A stretch of 29,351 nt of DNA from a virus. Where the stretch lies: positions 1 through 29,351 of IMG/VR virus record IMGVR_UViG_3300012352_000279. The stretch is one strand, 5' to 3'. The notes under the pieces were generated by a model, which was not told where the DNA came from, did not search any database, and saw only the letters and a program-made list of their open reading frames with translations. Shown one piece after another: positions 22,892 to 29,294 of this stretch. Within the stretch, counting starts at the first letter, position 1. Every line of letters begins with the position of its first letter. A program made the translations under genes and the position numbers.

Positions 22892-23118
22892 AAATCTAAG
22901 GTGTAAGATATTAATGAAACGAGACAAGCAGTGAAAAAGTTGCCCGTAATAATCCAAGCCGACCAAAACCCAACACATTTATAACATGATAGTGAGTGAT
23001 GTATCCAATTTGTAACAAATGTCGGTCTAAAGAACTCAAAGACGTAGTCAATTGCAAAGTGTAAAGGCTCAAATTTAACAAACCACCATGCAAACGCTAC
23101 AAGTAAAATAATTGTCAT
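22870..23118 (-). CDS. small membrane protein (82 aa from ATG 23118) with a CxxC(V)GFW motif
   Basis: MTIILLVAFAWWFV... and ...CYKCVGFWSAWIITGNFFTACLVSLI give 2-3 TM helices. The track ORF start at 23166 would run into the terminator. Confidence 0.5.
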   Translation of the reverse strand: MTIILLVAFAWWFVKFEPLHFAIDYVFEFFRPTFVTNWIHHSLSCYKCVGFWSAWIITGNFFTACLVSLISYTLDLCLQKLT

Positions 23119-23154
23119 ATATAATTTTTTTGTAAATATACAACTATTTTTAAA

Positions 23155-23182
23155 TAAAAAAAGCACCCCGTTAAGAGTGCTT
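23155..23182 (-). terminator. rho-independent terminator ending the early recombination operon
   Basis: Minus-strand RNA: AAGCAC-UCUUAACGGG-GUGCUU followed by UUUUU. The HTH gene stop codon lies in the loop. Confidence 0.65.
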
Positions 23183-23392
23183 CCATTTTATGTTATTAAG
23201 TGCCTTACCTATTCGTTGTAAAGTTTCCGTGTTTAAACCGCCTTCGTGTCTTAAAAACTTGTTTAGCTGTCCTTGTTGTAACTTACTACGTTGGCAAAAC
23301 GCTCGGGGACTTTCGCACGTATTCTCAAAGTGAATTTGCATCGCTTTACGTGTTATCTCCTCAATGTTTATTATTGCATCTATTGCTTTCAT
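23171..23392 (-). CDS. XRE/Cro-type HTH transcriptional regulator (73 aa)
   Basis: Start at ATG 23392 (MKAIDAIINIEE...), 1 nt after the upstream stop. The HTH is PRAFCQRSKLQQGQLNKFLRHEGGLNTETLQRIGKAL. Confidence 0.6.
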   Translation of the reverse strand: MKAIDAIINIEEITRKAMQIHFENTCESPRAFCQRSKLQQGQLNKFLRHEGGLNTETLQRIGKALNNIKWKHS

Positions 23393-23393
23393 G

Positions 23394-23639
23394 TTAGAAA
23401 GGTAAATCCGTATGTTCGTCTTTTTGTTGTGTAGTGTTAGCTGGGATAGGTGCATCAGCTTTGTATGGCTCTGTAATCTTAACAGAAAAGAAAGGCTTAC
23501 CGTCTTTTGTTTGCTTTACCCACATTGCTATTTGTTTGTCAATACCATCTACATTTATTTTCCCTCTGTAAGTTGGTTGGTTTCCTGTTGCAGTTTCGTT
23601 CTTAAAAATTGCTCCTGCGTTTGTGTTGTCGTACTCCAT
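23394..23639 (-). CDS. small DUF736-like protein with an SSB-type C-terminal tail (…EHTDLPF)
   Basis: 81 aa. GAIFKNE..P.YRGKINVDG..KQIAMWVKQTKDGKPFFSVKI resembles the DUF736 pattern. The flexible Pro/Gln-rich linker and terminal D-L-P-F mirror bacterial SSB C-termini. It sits where an SSB gene lies in exo-annealase-SSB modules. Confidence 0.5.
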   Translation of the reverse strand: MEYDNTNAGAIFKNETATGNQPTYRGKINVDGIDKQIAMWVKQTKDGKPFFSVKITEPYKADAPIPANTTQQKDEHTDLPF

Positions 23640-23650
23640 TGTATTTGTTT

Positions 23651-24322
23651 TTAAATTAAACCTTTTAACATTTTATAGTATTCTCTTGCTATTTCTACTT
23701 TCTCAATTATCTTTTCAATCTTCTTTTCGTCACGTTTAATGATGTAACGCTTTACACGTAGTTTACTTGGTATGTTGTCGTAATTGTGTTTCAATTGCAC
23801 TTCATGTCTTAAATCAATGTCCTCGTCAATTAATCCCGCTTTCCAATGCGCTCGTCTTACTTCGTCCTCAACTATTTGTAGCGGTGTGTTCATTAAGCAG
23901 TAAACTAATTCAGCCTCAGTCTTACCCGTTAGCCACATATAACCTTGTAACTGCCAATAGTAATCCTTGTTTTTTAAATCAGCTTCAAACATAGGATAGG
24001 TATCTAAAGACCAACTGCATTTTATATCAGCTAATAAGTTATTCGTATTTATATCAGGTTCTCCTGTAATGTAATCATTTGTAAAACGCTCCGTATTTTT
24101 AACTACAAAGTCCCAATCGAATTGCTCACTTGCAAACTGTATCGCTTCGTCCTCCATTTCTAAACCTTTGTCGGTATATCGTGAACTAAATTCTTTACGG
24201 TAACCAAACTCTAACTCGTTAAATAAATCCTCAATATAACTCTTTGCTGTCTGACTTAGAACCTCGCTTTTGCTACGAGGCTCTGTCATTAATTTACCTA
24301 AACTTGAACAACGTACTATCAT
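23651..24322 (-). CDS. YqaJ/lambda-Exo-like PD-(D/E)XK exonuclease (223 aa from ATG 24322)
   Basis: CSSLGKLMT, GLEMEDEAI, GEPDI and LADIKCSW match the order of YqaJ-type recombinase exonuclease motifs. ATGA overlap with the upstream stop at 24319-24322. Confidence 0.6.
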   Translation of the reverse strand: MIVRCSSLGKLMTEPRSKSEVLSQTAKSYIEDLFNELEFGYRKEFSSRYTDKGLEMEDEAIQFASEQFDWDFVVKNTERFTNDYITGEPDINTNNLLADIKCSWSLDTYPMFEADLKNKDYYWQLQGYMWLTGKTEAELVYCLMNTPLQIVEDEVRRAHWKAGLIDEDIDLRHEVQLKHNYDNIPSKLRVKRYIIKRDEKKIEKIIEKVEIAREYYKMLKGLI

Positions 24323-24696
24323 AATAAAGGATTTTCTGTTGTTACTATTTCCCAATTCGTATTATCAAATGTTTCAGTTGATTTCTTTGAATAGTCAACA
24401 CAATGATGTTTTCCATCTTCAAAATGTGAATAATATCCAACCATCCAATTTTCATTTTCACTATCCCTAAACCAAACAAGCGTATCTTTTTCGATTAGTT
24501 GTTCTTTGAATGGGTATTCAGTGAATGCTGAGGGGTACTTGTCGTATATGGTAACTTTACCGTCAAGTGTATAACTGTGATTTTCTGTATCAATTGGATA
24601 TAGGTTACCTCCTTTAGTATTAATAACCTTAATCCAACCACTTTCAATAGTCCAGATTTTGTCACCTACTTTTACTTTGCTTAAATCTGATTTCAT
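24319..24696 (-). CDS. hypothetical protein (125 aa) between the annealase and the exonuclease
   Basis: ORF track. ATGA overlaps at both ends. Confidence 0.6.
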   Translation of the reverse strand: MKSDLSKVKVGDKIWTIESGWIKVINTKGGNLYPIDTENHSYTLDGKVTIYDKYPSAFTEYPFKEQLIEKDTLVWFRDSENENWMVGYYSHFEDGKHHCVDYSKKSTETFDNTNWEIVTTENPLL

Positions 24697-25208
24697 AACA
24701 TTGCTTTTTGATCGGGTGTTAACTCGAATTTTAATAAATCGTCTTTCTTAGCTTTGCCCTCTTTGATTGCTTGTAATGCTTTTACAAAACGCTCATCATT
24801 GATAGGTTGCTTTTTTGGTTCGTGTTTTACTTGGCTGTTATCTTTTGAATCAGGGTCGCTTTCTGTTTCATCAATTAAGAATAAACCATTTAGCGCATAC
24901 TTACGAGCGTAACTTGAGGCTGTTCCTGTACATTGCTCCGATGACATTCCTTTGTGTTCTCCTAACTCAGCGAAACCGTTAACCTCAATTACTTTAGTTC
25001 CACTCCTTAAAGCAGCCGTAGCTTTTAAAAATAACTTACTTCCTACCTGAACTATATCATCTGATAAGACTAATTCTAATTCGTATTTTTGTAGTAATGG
25101 TTTTAAAGATTCAAGTATTTGCTCTGCGCTTCTGTACTTGTACTTTCCGAATGAATTAAATGACCCTTTAGGACACTTTAACTCTGCTTGTAATTTTAAT
25201 AGATTCAT
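24693..25208 (-). CDS. erf: ERF-family single-strand annealing protein
   Basis: FGKYKYRSAEQILESLKPLLQKYEL and GTASSYARKYALNGLFLID resemble the ERF superfamily core. Paired with an exonuclease. Confidence 0.6.
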   Translation of the reverse strand: MNLLKLQAELKCPKGSFNSFGKYKYRSAEQILESLKPLLQKYELELVLSDDIVQVGSKLFLKATAALRSGTKVIEVNGFAELGEHKGMSSEQCTGTASSYARKYALNGLFLIDETESDPDSKDNSQVKHEPKKQPINDERFVKALQAIKEGKAKKDDLLKFELTPDQKAML

Positions 25209-25230
25209 CGTTATTTGTTTTTAATTTCTA

Positions 25231-25261
25231 CAAATATAATGTTTTATTTTTAATACACAAT
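25231..25261 (-). promoter_or_regulatory. host-type promoter ATTG-N19-TATATTTG upstream of erf
   Basis: Minus strand: ATTG T GTATTAAAAATAAAAC AT TATATTTG. The -7 box is at 25231-25238, 22 nt upstream of ATG 25208. Confidence 0.55.
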
Positions 25262-25271
25262 ACTTTTTTAT

Positions 25272-25472
25272 TTATTCTAAAATTAAATTGTCATCGCTTA
25301 ACATTTCGTGTAGTTTATCCCTTATTTCTTGTCGTACTGTTTCGTCTTCATCTGAATGTTTAATTCTAAGTCTTAAATACTCATCTAAATCACGAACTAT
25401 CTGTTTCCAATATACAGCATTTAATGCAGTCATTGCTTCGTCTTGGTCATCAAATTCAAGTATTACTTTCAT
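25272..25472 (-). CDS. hypothetical acidic protein (66 aa)
   Basis: ORF track. Confidence 0.55.
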   Translation of the reverse strand: MKVILEFDDQDEAMTALNAVYWKQIVRDLDEYLRLRIKHSDEDETVRQEIRDKLHEMLSDDNLILE

Positions 25473-25992
25473 GTTCTTTTATTTTTAGTTTATATTCAGC
25501 TATTAGCTTTTTTAATTCGTCTTTTGTCCATTTTCGAGTTTCATATGCACGGTTGCGTAATAACTCAAATTCATCTTTTCCGATTCGCTCAATTAGATTA
25601 TTTCCGTACTCAATTAGGTTACCACTTAAAAAGCTGTTACAGTGTTCACATTGTAAGTGTACATTCATTTCATCAAACCTAACATTTGAATGACCGCCTT
25701 GTGAGTAGAAGTGTCCTGCATTTTTTTTACGTGGTGGTTTTTGACAACTTATGCAAGGTAACCCCTCATCTCTTTGACGTATATATTTGTTGAATACTTG
25801 CTGTGCTAACTTTAAATAGTCCTGGAGCGTTAACAAATCCTCCTTTTGTTTCTTTACTTTTTCTTTTTTAATCTTTTCAAGATTCTTTAAAGCAAGTTTT
25901 GTCTTGGTGCAAATAAAACAAAGTCTATCGGTTGTCTTGTAAGGCACGAATGTAGTTCCGCACTTGCATACTTTATCGTATATAGTTTTCAT
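25456..25992 (-). CDS. ninG: NinG/Rap-like recombination endonuclease
   Basis: FNKYIRQRDEGLPCISCQ...NAGHFYSQGGHSNVRFDEMNVHLQCEHCNSFLSGN matches the lambda NinG family signature. The N-terminus has a CxC...CxxC zinc ribbon. Confidence 0.65.
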   Translation of the reverse strand: MKTIYDKVCKCGTTFVPYKTTDRLCFICTKTKLALKNLEKIKKEKVKKQKEDLLTLQDYLKLAQQVFNKYIRQRDEGLPCISCQKPPRKKNAGHFYSQGGHSNVRFDEMNVHLQCEHCNSFLSGNLIEYGNNLIERIGKDEFELLRNRAYETRKWTKDELKKLIAEYKLKIKEHESNT

Positions 25993-26162
25993 CTTTCTGC
26001 AACTTTAGTGTCACCAATCCAAATTTCAATTATACCACCTACTTTATTAACTTCATCATCTTTTATTTTTAGTGGTTTAAATTCTGATTTTACCCATTTA
26101 CCTTGCTCAATATCAAAATGATATTTTAAACTTGTTTCATAAAATATTCCATCTTTACTCAT
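25989..26162 (-). CDS. hypothetical protein (57 aa)
   Basis: Below the track cut-off. My translation: MSKDGIFYETSLKYHFDIEQGKWVKSEFKPLKIKDDEVNKVGGIIEIWIGDTKVAER. ATGA overlap with the ninG start. Confidence 0.45.
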   Translation of the reverse strand: MSKDGIFYETSLKYHFDIEQGKWVKSEFKPLKIKDDEVNKVGGIIEIWIGDTKVAER

Positions 26163-26361
26163 CATTCAATTTATTTAAAATGTTTACAATCGTAAAGTAG
26201 TAAGGTAAATAAGCTCTATTTCCTTTTTGGCTTTTAAGCACGTTTAACAGACTTTCTACTGTGTTCTTAATGTTTGGTATGTAACAACCTTTATGTAGCG
26301 TTAAATCTCGGTTAAGTTCGTGTTTTTGTAGCTGAAACATTACTTCGTTTAGTGGTGTCAT
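26155..26361 (-). CDS. hypothetical protein (68 aa)
   Basis: ORF track. Confidence 0.55.
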   Translation of the reverse strand: MTPLNEVMFQLQKHELNRDLTLHKGCYIPNIKNTVESLLNVLKSQKGNRAYLPYYFTIVNILNKLNDE

Positions 26362-26636
26362 AGCTTTTCAATTTCTTGTTTAACAAAATCAAAGTAAAAT
26401 ATCACTTCATGTCTCAACATTTCATTGTAACGAATATCATGATTAAAATCTTCTGCTGTTCTATATGCGCAAATACTTAAAGTTGTTTTTTGTAATGAAA
26501 TAACGTTTTGAATTTCCTCAACTGCAATTAATGCGCATTGCTTAGCTGTATCAAAACACATTGGATATTTATGTAACTCATCAACTGGATTCATAAATTT
26601 ATAAAATAACTCTTCTGCTTTTTCTTTTGGTGTCAT
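26358..26636 (-). CDS. hypothetical protein (92 aa), paralogue of 1783..2043
   Basis: MTPKEKAEEL... KQCALIAVEEIQ ... VKQEIEKL. Confidence 0.7.
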   Translation of the reverse strand: MTPKEKAEELFYKFMNPVDELHKYPMCFDTAKQCALIAVEEIQNVISLQKTTLSICAYRTAEDFNHDIRYNEMLRHEVIFYFDFVKQEIEKL

Positions 26637-26926
26637 AACAACTGCTTTATTGATTCTACTTCCTCACGCATTTTCTGCATTTCAACTTCATTCAAAATTA
26701 ATGCTTTTTCGAGACTTATGTTTCTAAGTCGGTACGTTTTATTCTCATCTACTAAATGATAAACTAATTCTTGAACATCTAAAAGGTCGTTAACGCTTTC
26801 CTTTTGTGACTTTATTAGTTCGTGTTTATGTGGTGCTTTCTGCTCTAAGTCATCAAGTGCAAATTTAACACGGTGCAAAACTGTTGATAGTTGTGCTTTT
26901 CTGATTAATACGTCTAATTCATTCAT
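26633..26926 (-). CDS. hypothetical coiled-coil protein (97 aa)
   Basis: ORF track. Heptad-like helical sequence. Confidence 0.55.
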   Translation of the reverse strand: MNELDVLIRKAQLSTVLHRVKFALDDLEQKAPHKHELIKSQKESVNDLLDVQELVYHLVDENKTYRLRNISLEKALILNEVEMQKMREEVESIKQLL

Positions 26927-26928
26927 CG

Positions 26929-27897
26929 TTAAAAAGGTAAACTGTTATTAAAATCTTCTATTGCCTTACTCGTTGGCTTCGTGTTTATTACTGTTTCTTT
27001 GTGCTTAGGTTCTGCATATACTTTTATATTCGGATTCATCTCATCTAAATTATAATACGTCAAAGTGTTAATGTCAAACTGTAAAGTTATATTTCCAACC
27101 ACACCACACGCTCTCGGTTTTACTTTATTCACGTATATCTCACACAAATTATTTAAAACGTCTGGGCGGTGTACTGTAATCATGCATTTTCCACTATTAA
27201 ACCACTCAGAACCTCCTTTTAAATCGTATGGAGTTGGCGGGTTTCGTTTTCCGTTTTCCTTTTCAGTTAGTTTCGGGTGTATAATTGTATGTAAATGTAG
27301 TTGATGTTCTTCAGCTATCATGTTTCTGTAAGGTAAAACAGCTTCTAAATAGGTAGCATAACCGCCAAACTCTTTGTAGTCATGGTTTAAATCTTTCCAA
27401 CTGTCAATCGAAGCGGTGTGTAATCCTTCGCTTTTTTTAAGTTCTACTGCATAGTCCCAAAATTGAAACGGTGTCATCTTTGCTCTTACATCTTTTTTTG
27501 TTAAGATACGAAAGTAATTTGTAACCCACATACCAGCTCTTGCTATTTCGTTATCAGTTATTACATTTGGTTTTGTAGGGTCGAAACTCTTTTTCGTCTT
27601 TTTGTGGATTAAATCCGCTATCACTTCGATTGAATTACCAACGTCAGGAAAATAAACTAAATGCTTCCAATGGTAAAATAAAGACGTATTCATTAACATC
27701 TCCATAAGTACCTGAGTTTTTCCACTCATAGGAAAACCAGTCCAATCTGTACACGTTCCAAGCATCATGTTGTAATGTTTGTCTAAGTTAGGAAATCCTA
27801 AATACAAACCTTTCTCATGGTAGTTATCTCTATACTTAACAAGTTCACTTGCTATGCTGTCGTATGTTTCTATTCTATATCCCTCAATCATTGCCAT
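26929..27897 (-). CDS. DnaB-like (RecA-fold) replicative helicase/ATPase
   Basis: Walker A GFPMSGKTQ, a Walker B-like LHTASIDSW and a GFPNLDKHYN lead-in, as in DnaB C-terminal domain proteins. Ends in ...NNSLPF. Confidence 0.6.
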   Translation of the reverse strand: MAMIEGYRIETYDSIASELVKYRDNYHEKGLYLGFPNLDKHYNMMLGTCTDWTGFPMSGKTQVLMEMLMNTSLFYHWKHLVYFPDVGNSIEVIADLIHKKTKKSFDPTKPNVITDNEIARAGMWVTNYFRILTKKDVRAKMTPFQFWDYAVELKKSEGLHTASIDSWKDLNHDYKEFGGYATYLEAVLPYRNMIAEEHQLHLHTIIHPKLTEKENGKRNPPTPYDLKGGSEWFNSGKCMITVHRPDVLNNLCEIYVNKVKPRACGVVGNITLQFDINTLTYYNLDEMNPNIKVYAEPKHKETVINTKPTSKAIEDFNNSLPF

Positions 27898-28610
27898 GCG
27901 AATTTAGGTTTATTTTCTTCAATTTCAGTATTTAAGTATTTTTGGAAGTTATCAGTAACTAAAAAATGCGATGGTTTCGACATATTATTTTGTATAACCC
28001 AAGGGGTGTTAACCATTACTTTAAAAGCGTGTTCAAAATCTTCTTTTGTGAAATTTGCTTTCTTAAGTTTTTTAAGGTTGTTAATATCGTTTTGAGTTAA
28101 TATCTGATTTTTTCCTAATTTACCTTTGTATTTTAAAAGTGAATTATTAAACCATGATAAAAATACGTGAACATTAACTTCTTCTTTCTCTTTTACTTCT
28201 TCTTGTTCTTCTTCTTCTTCTTGTTCTTCTTGTGATAGTGTATCTATACTGTATATATACTCTATTAATACTCTATTTTTTACAAGTTTAAGTTCTGATT
28301 CTATGCACTTTACAACTTTTGGAGATGTTGAATAGTTATACTTTTTCCAATTCTTAATTGCCAACTCATTTGTACTGTCAGAAAATTGTAATTTACCCTT
28401 ACTAATAAAGAAATTTAACAACTTATTAACCTTTTCAAGTGATATATTTAAATCAAAACAAATATGTTTTTTAGAAATTTCATAAATTCCACATTGTTTT
28501 GTCTTTTCATTTGTCAATAAATAAATATAAAACAGTTTTTTTTCAGTATCTAATTCACTAAAGAATGGGTCACTCCATAATTGAGTATGTATTTTTCTAA
28601 ATATAGCCAT
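27888..28610 (-). CDS. replication initiator / replisome organiser-like protein
   Basis: The N-terminal FRKIHTQLWSDPFFSELDTEKKLFYIYLLTN...GIYEIS resembles phage replication-organiser winged-helix N-domains. A poly-Glu linker divides it into two domains. Directly upstream of the helicase gene. Confidence 0.45.
   Translation of the reverse strand: MAIFRKIHTQLWSDPFFSELDTEKKLFYIYLLTNEKTKQCGIYEISKKHICFDLNISLEKVNKLLNFFISKGKLQFSDSTNELAIKNWKKYNYSTSPKVVKCIESELKLVKNRVLIEYIYSIDTLSQEEQEEEEEQEEVKEKEEVNVHVFLSWFNNSLLKYKGKLGKNQILTQNDINNLKKLKKANFTKEDFEHAFKVMVNTPWVIQNNMSKPSHFLVTDNFQKYLNTEIEENKPKFAWQ
28234..28277. repeat. four tandem 11-bp iterons nATA(G/C)A(G/C)TATn inside the initiator gene (candidate origin)
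   Basis: Minus strand: AATAGAGTATT AATAGAGTATA TATACAGTATA GATACACTATC. 8 of 11 columns are invariant. Adjacent to a ~54-nt polypurine tract (28178-28231). Confidence 0.5.
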
Positions 28611-28613
28611 GAC

Positions 28614-29147
28614 TTAAAACCCTTCGTTTGATAAAACATAATTCTTTACCTCTTTAAATTGCAAACCATCTATATGATATGAATATGTATGAATTTCTAA
28701 ATTAAGTATTGGGTCGCAACCTATAATATCAGATTCTTCAATATAAGTTTTGTTAATAATTTCAGGTAAAAAAATCATTGAAGATTCTTTATCAATAGAT
28801 TTACCTATTAAAACTATTTTATAATCAAAATAAGATGAATCAAAAGAATATTTAGTTTGTTTATCTAAATAGCTTTGTATACCTTTTAAGTATTTAATTG
28901 CTTGTAAAAATGTAGATACATTTACTTTATCTTTTTTTAATTCGTAAACAGTAATAGAACCCTTGCGATGATTTTTAAAATGTGTATGATAATAAGGTCT
29001 TTCAAAACCTACAATATCAGCAATTCCATAATTACCAATTCTAAATTGTCTTTTTCTTTGAAGTTCCATTCTTAAACCTCTTTCTTCTAATTCACTAAGA
29101 TTAGCGTTAAAAATGATTTCTTCCAAATCTTTTTCTAAAAAATCCAT
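28614..29147 (-). CDS. PD-(D/E)XK (NucS/DUF91-like) nuclease-fold protein; first gene of the early operon
   Basis: LEKDLEEII...ELEERGL...RQFRIGNYGIADIVGF....ITVYELKKDK...FLQAIKYL matches the order E..L / G.(I)D(I/L) / (V)xE(L)K / Q..xY of this nuclease family. Confidence 0.45.
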   Translation of the reverse strand: MDFLEKDLEEIIFNANLSELEERGLRMELQRKRQFRIGNYGIADIVGFERPYYHTHFKNHRKGSITVYELKKDKVNVSTFLQAIKYLKGIQSYLDKQTKYSFDSSYFDYKIVLIGKSIDKESSMIFLPEIINKTYIEESDIIGCDPILNLEIHTYSYHIDGLQFKEVKNYVLSNEGF

Positions 29148-29165
29148 AACATTCCGTTATTAAAT

Positions 29166-29200
29166 AAAAAAGCCCCGTTAAAGTAGCCACGGTCAAACGG
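29166..29200 (-). promoter_or_regulatory. inverted repeat CCGTT-N16-AACGG followed by a U6 tract in the early 5' leader (attenuator/terminator-like, or a protein-binding site)
   Basis: Minus-strand RNA: CCGUU UGACCGUGGCUACUUU AACGG GGC UUUUUU. It lies between the early promoter and ATG 29147. Confidence 0.3.
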
Positions 29201-29262
29201 CATCCCCTAACAAAGGCTTAAACTAAAATTCTTTCTGTAATTGACCGTTACTTCAGATGTTG

Positions 29263-29294
29263 CAAATATACTAAACAACTTTCATACTTTCAAA
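29263..29294 (-). promoter_or_regulatory. host-type early promoter TTTG-N20-TATATTTG
   Basis: Minus strand: TTTG AAAGTATGAAAGTTGTTTAG TATATTTG. The -7 box (29263-29270) starts immediately after the TAG of the wrap-around gene. This is the best match in the window to the Bacteroidota -33/-7 consensus. Confidence 0.55.

Noticed and set aside
22911-23093. 60-aa minus-strand ORF overlapping the membrane-protein gene in another frame
   Set aside because: It is fully nested in the 22870-23118 gene, which has convincing TM helices. The nested ORF has no independent support.
23133-23140. TATATTTA (minus strand) upstream of the membrane-protein gene, as a fourth host-type promoter
   Set aside because: The last base departs from the TAnnTTTG consensus, and no TTG element lies 19-21 nt upstream. 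It may be a weak promoter, or the operon may depend on terminator read-through. This is too uncertain to list as a feature.
23171-23392. The XRE-type HTH gene as evidence of a temperate lifestyle or a lysogeny switch
   Set aside because: There is no integrase, excisionase, att-like repeat or divergent repressor/cro arrangement. The gene is co-directional at the end of an early operon, which is more consistent with a lytic-cycle regulator.
12939-28095. Further plus-strand track ORFs: 12939-13130, 14358-14606, 16272-16511, 18782-19048, 19255-19440, 19661-19858, 20165-20461, 21622-21822, 23200-23397, 23412-23654, 23767-23994, 24270-24470, 25288-25488, 25424-25693, 25443-25682, 27065-27304, 27817-28095
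   Set aside because: Same reasoning: these are shadow ORFs antisense to well-supported minus-strand genes (tape measure, fibres, terL, terS, exonuclease, ninG, helicase and others).
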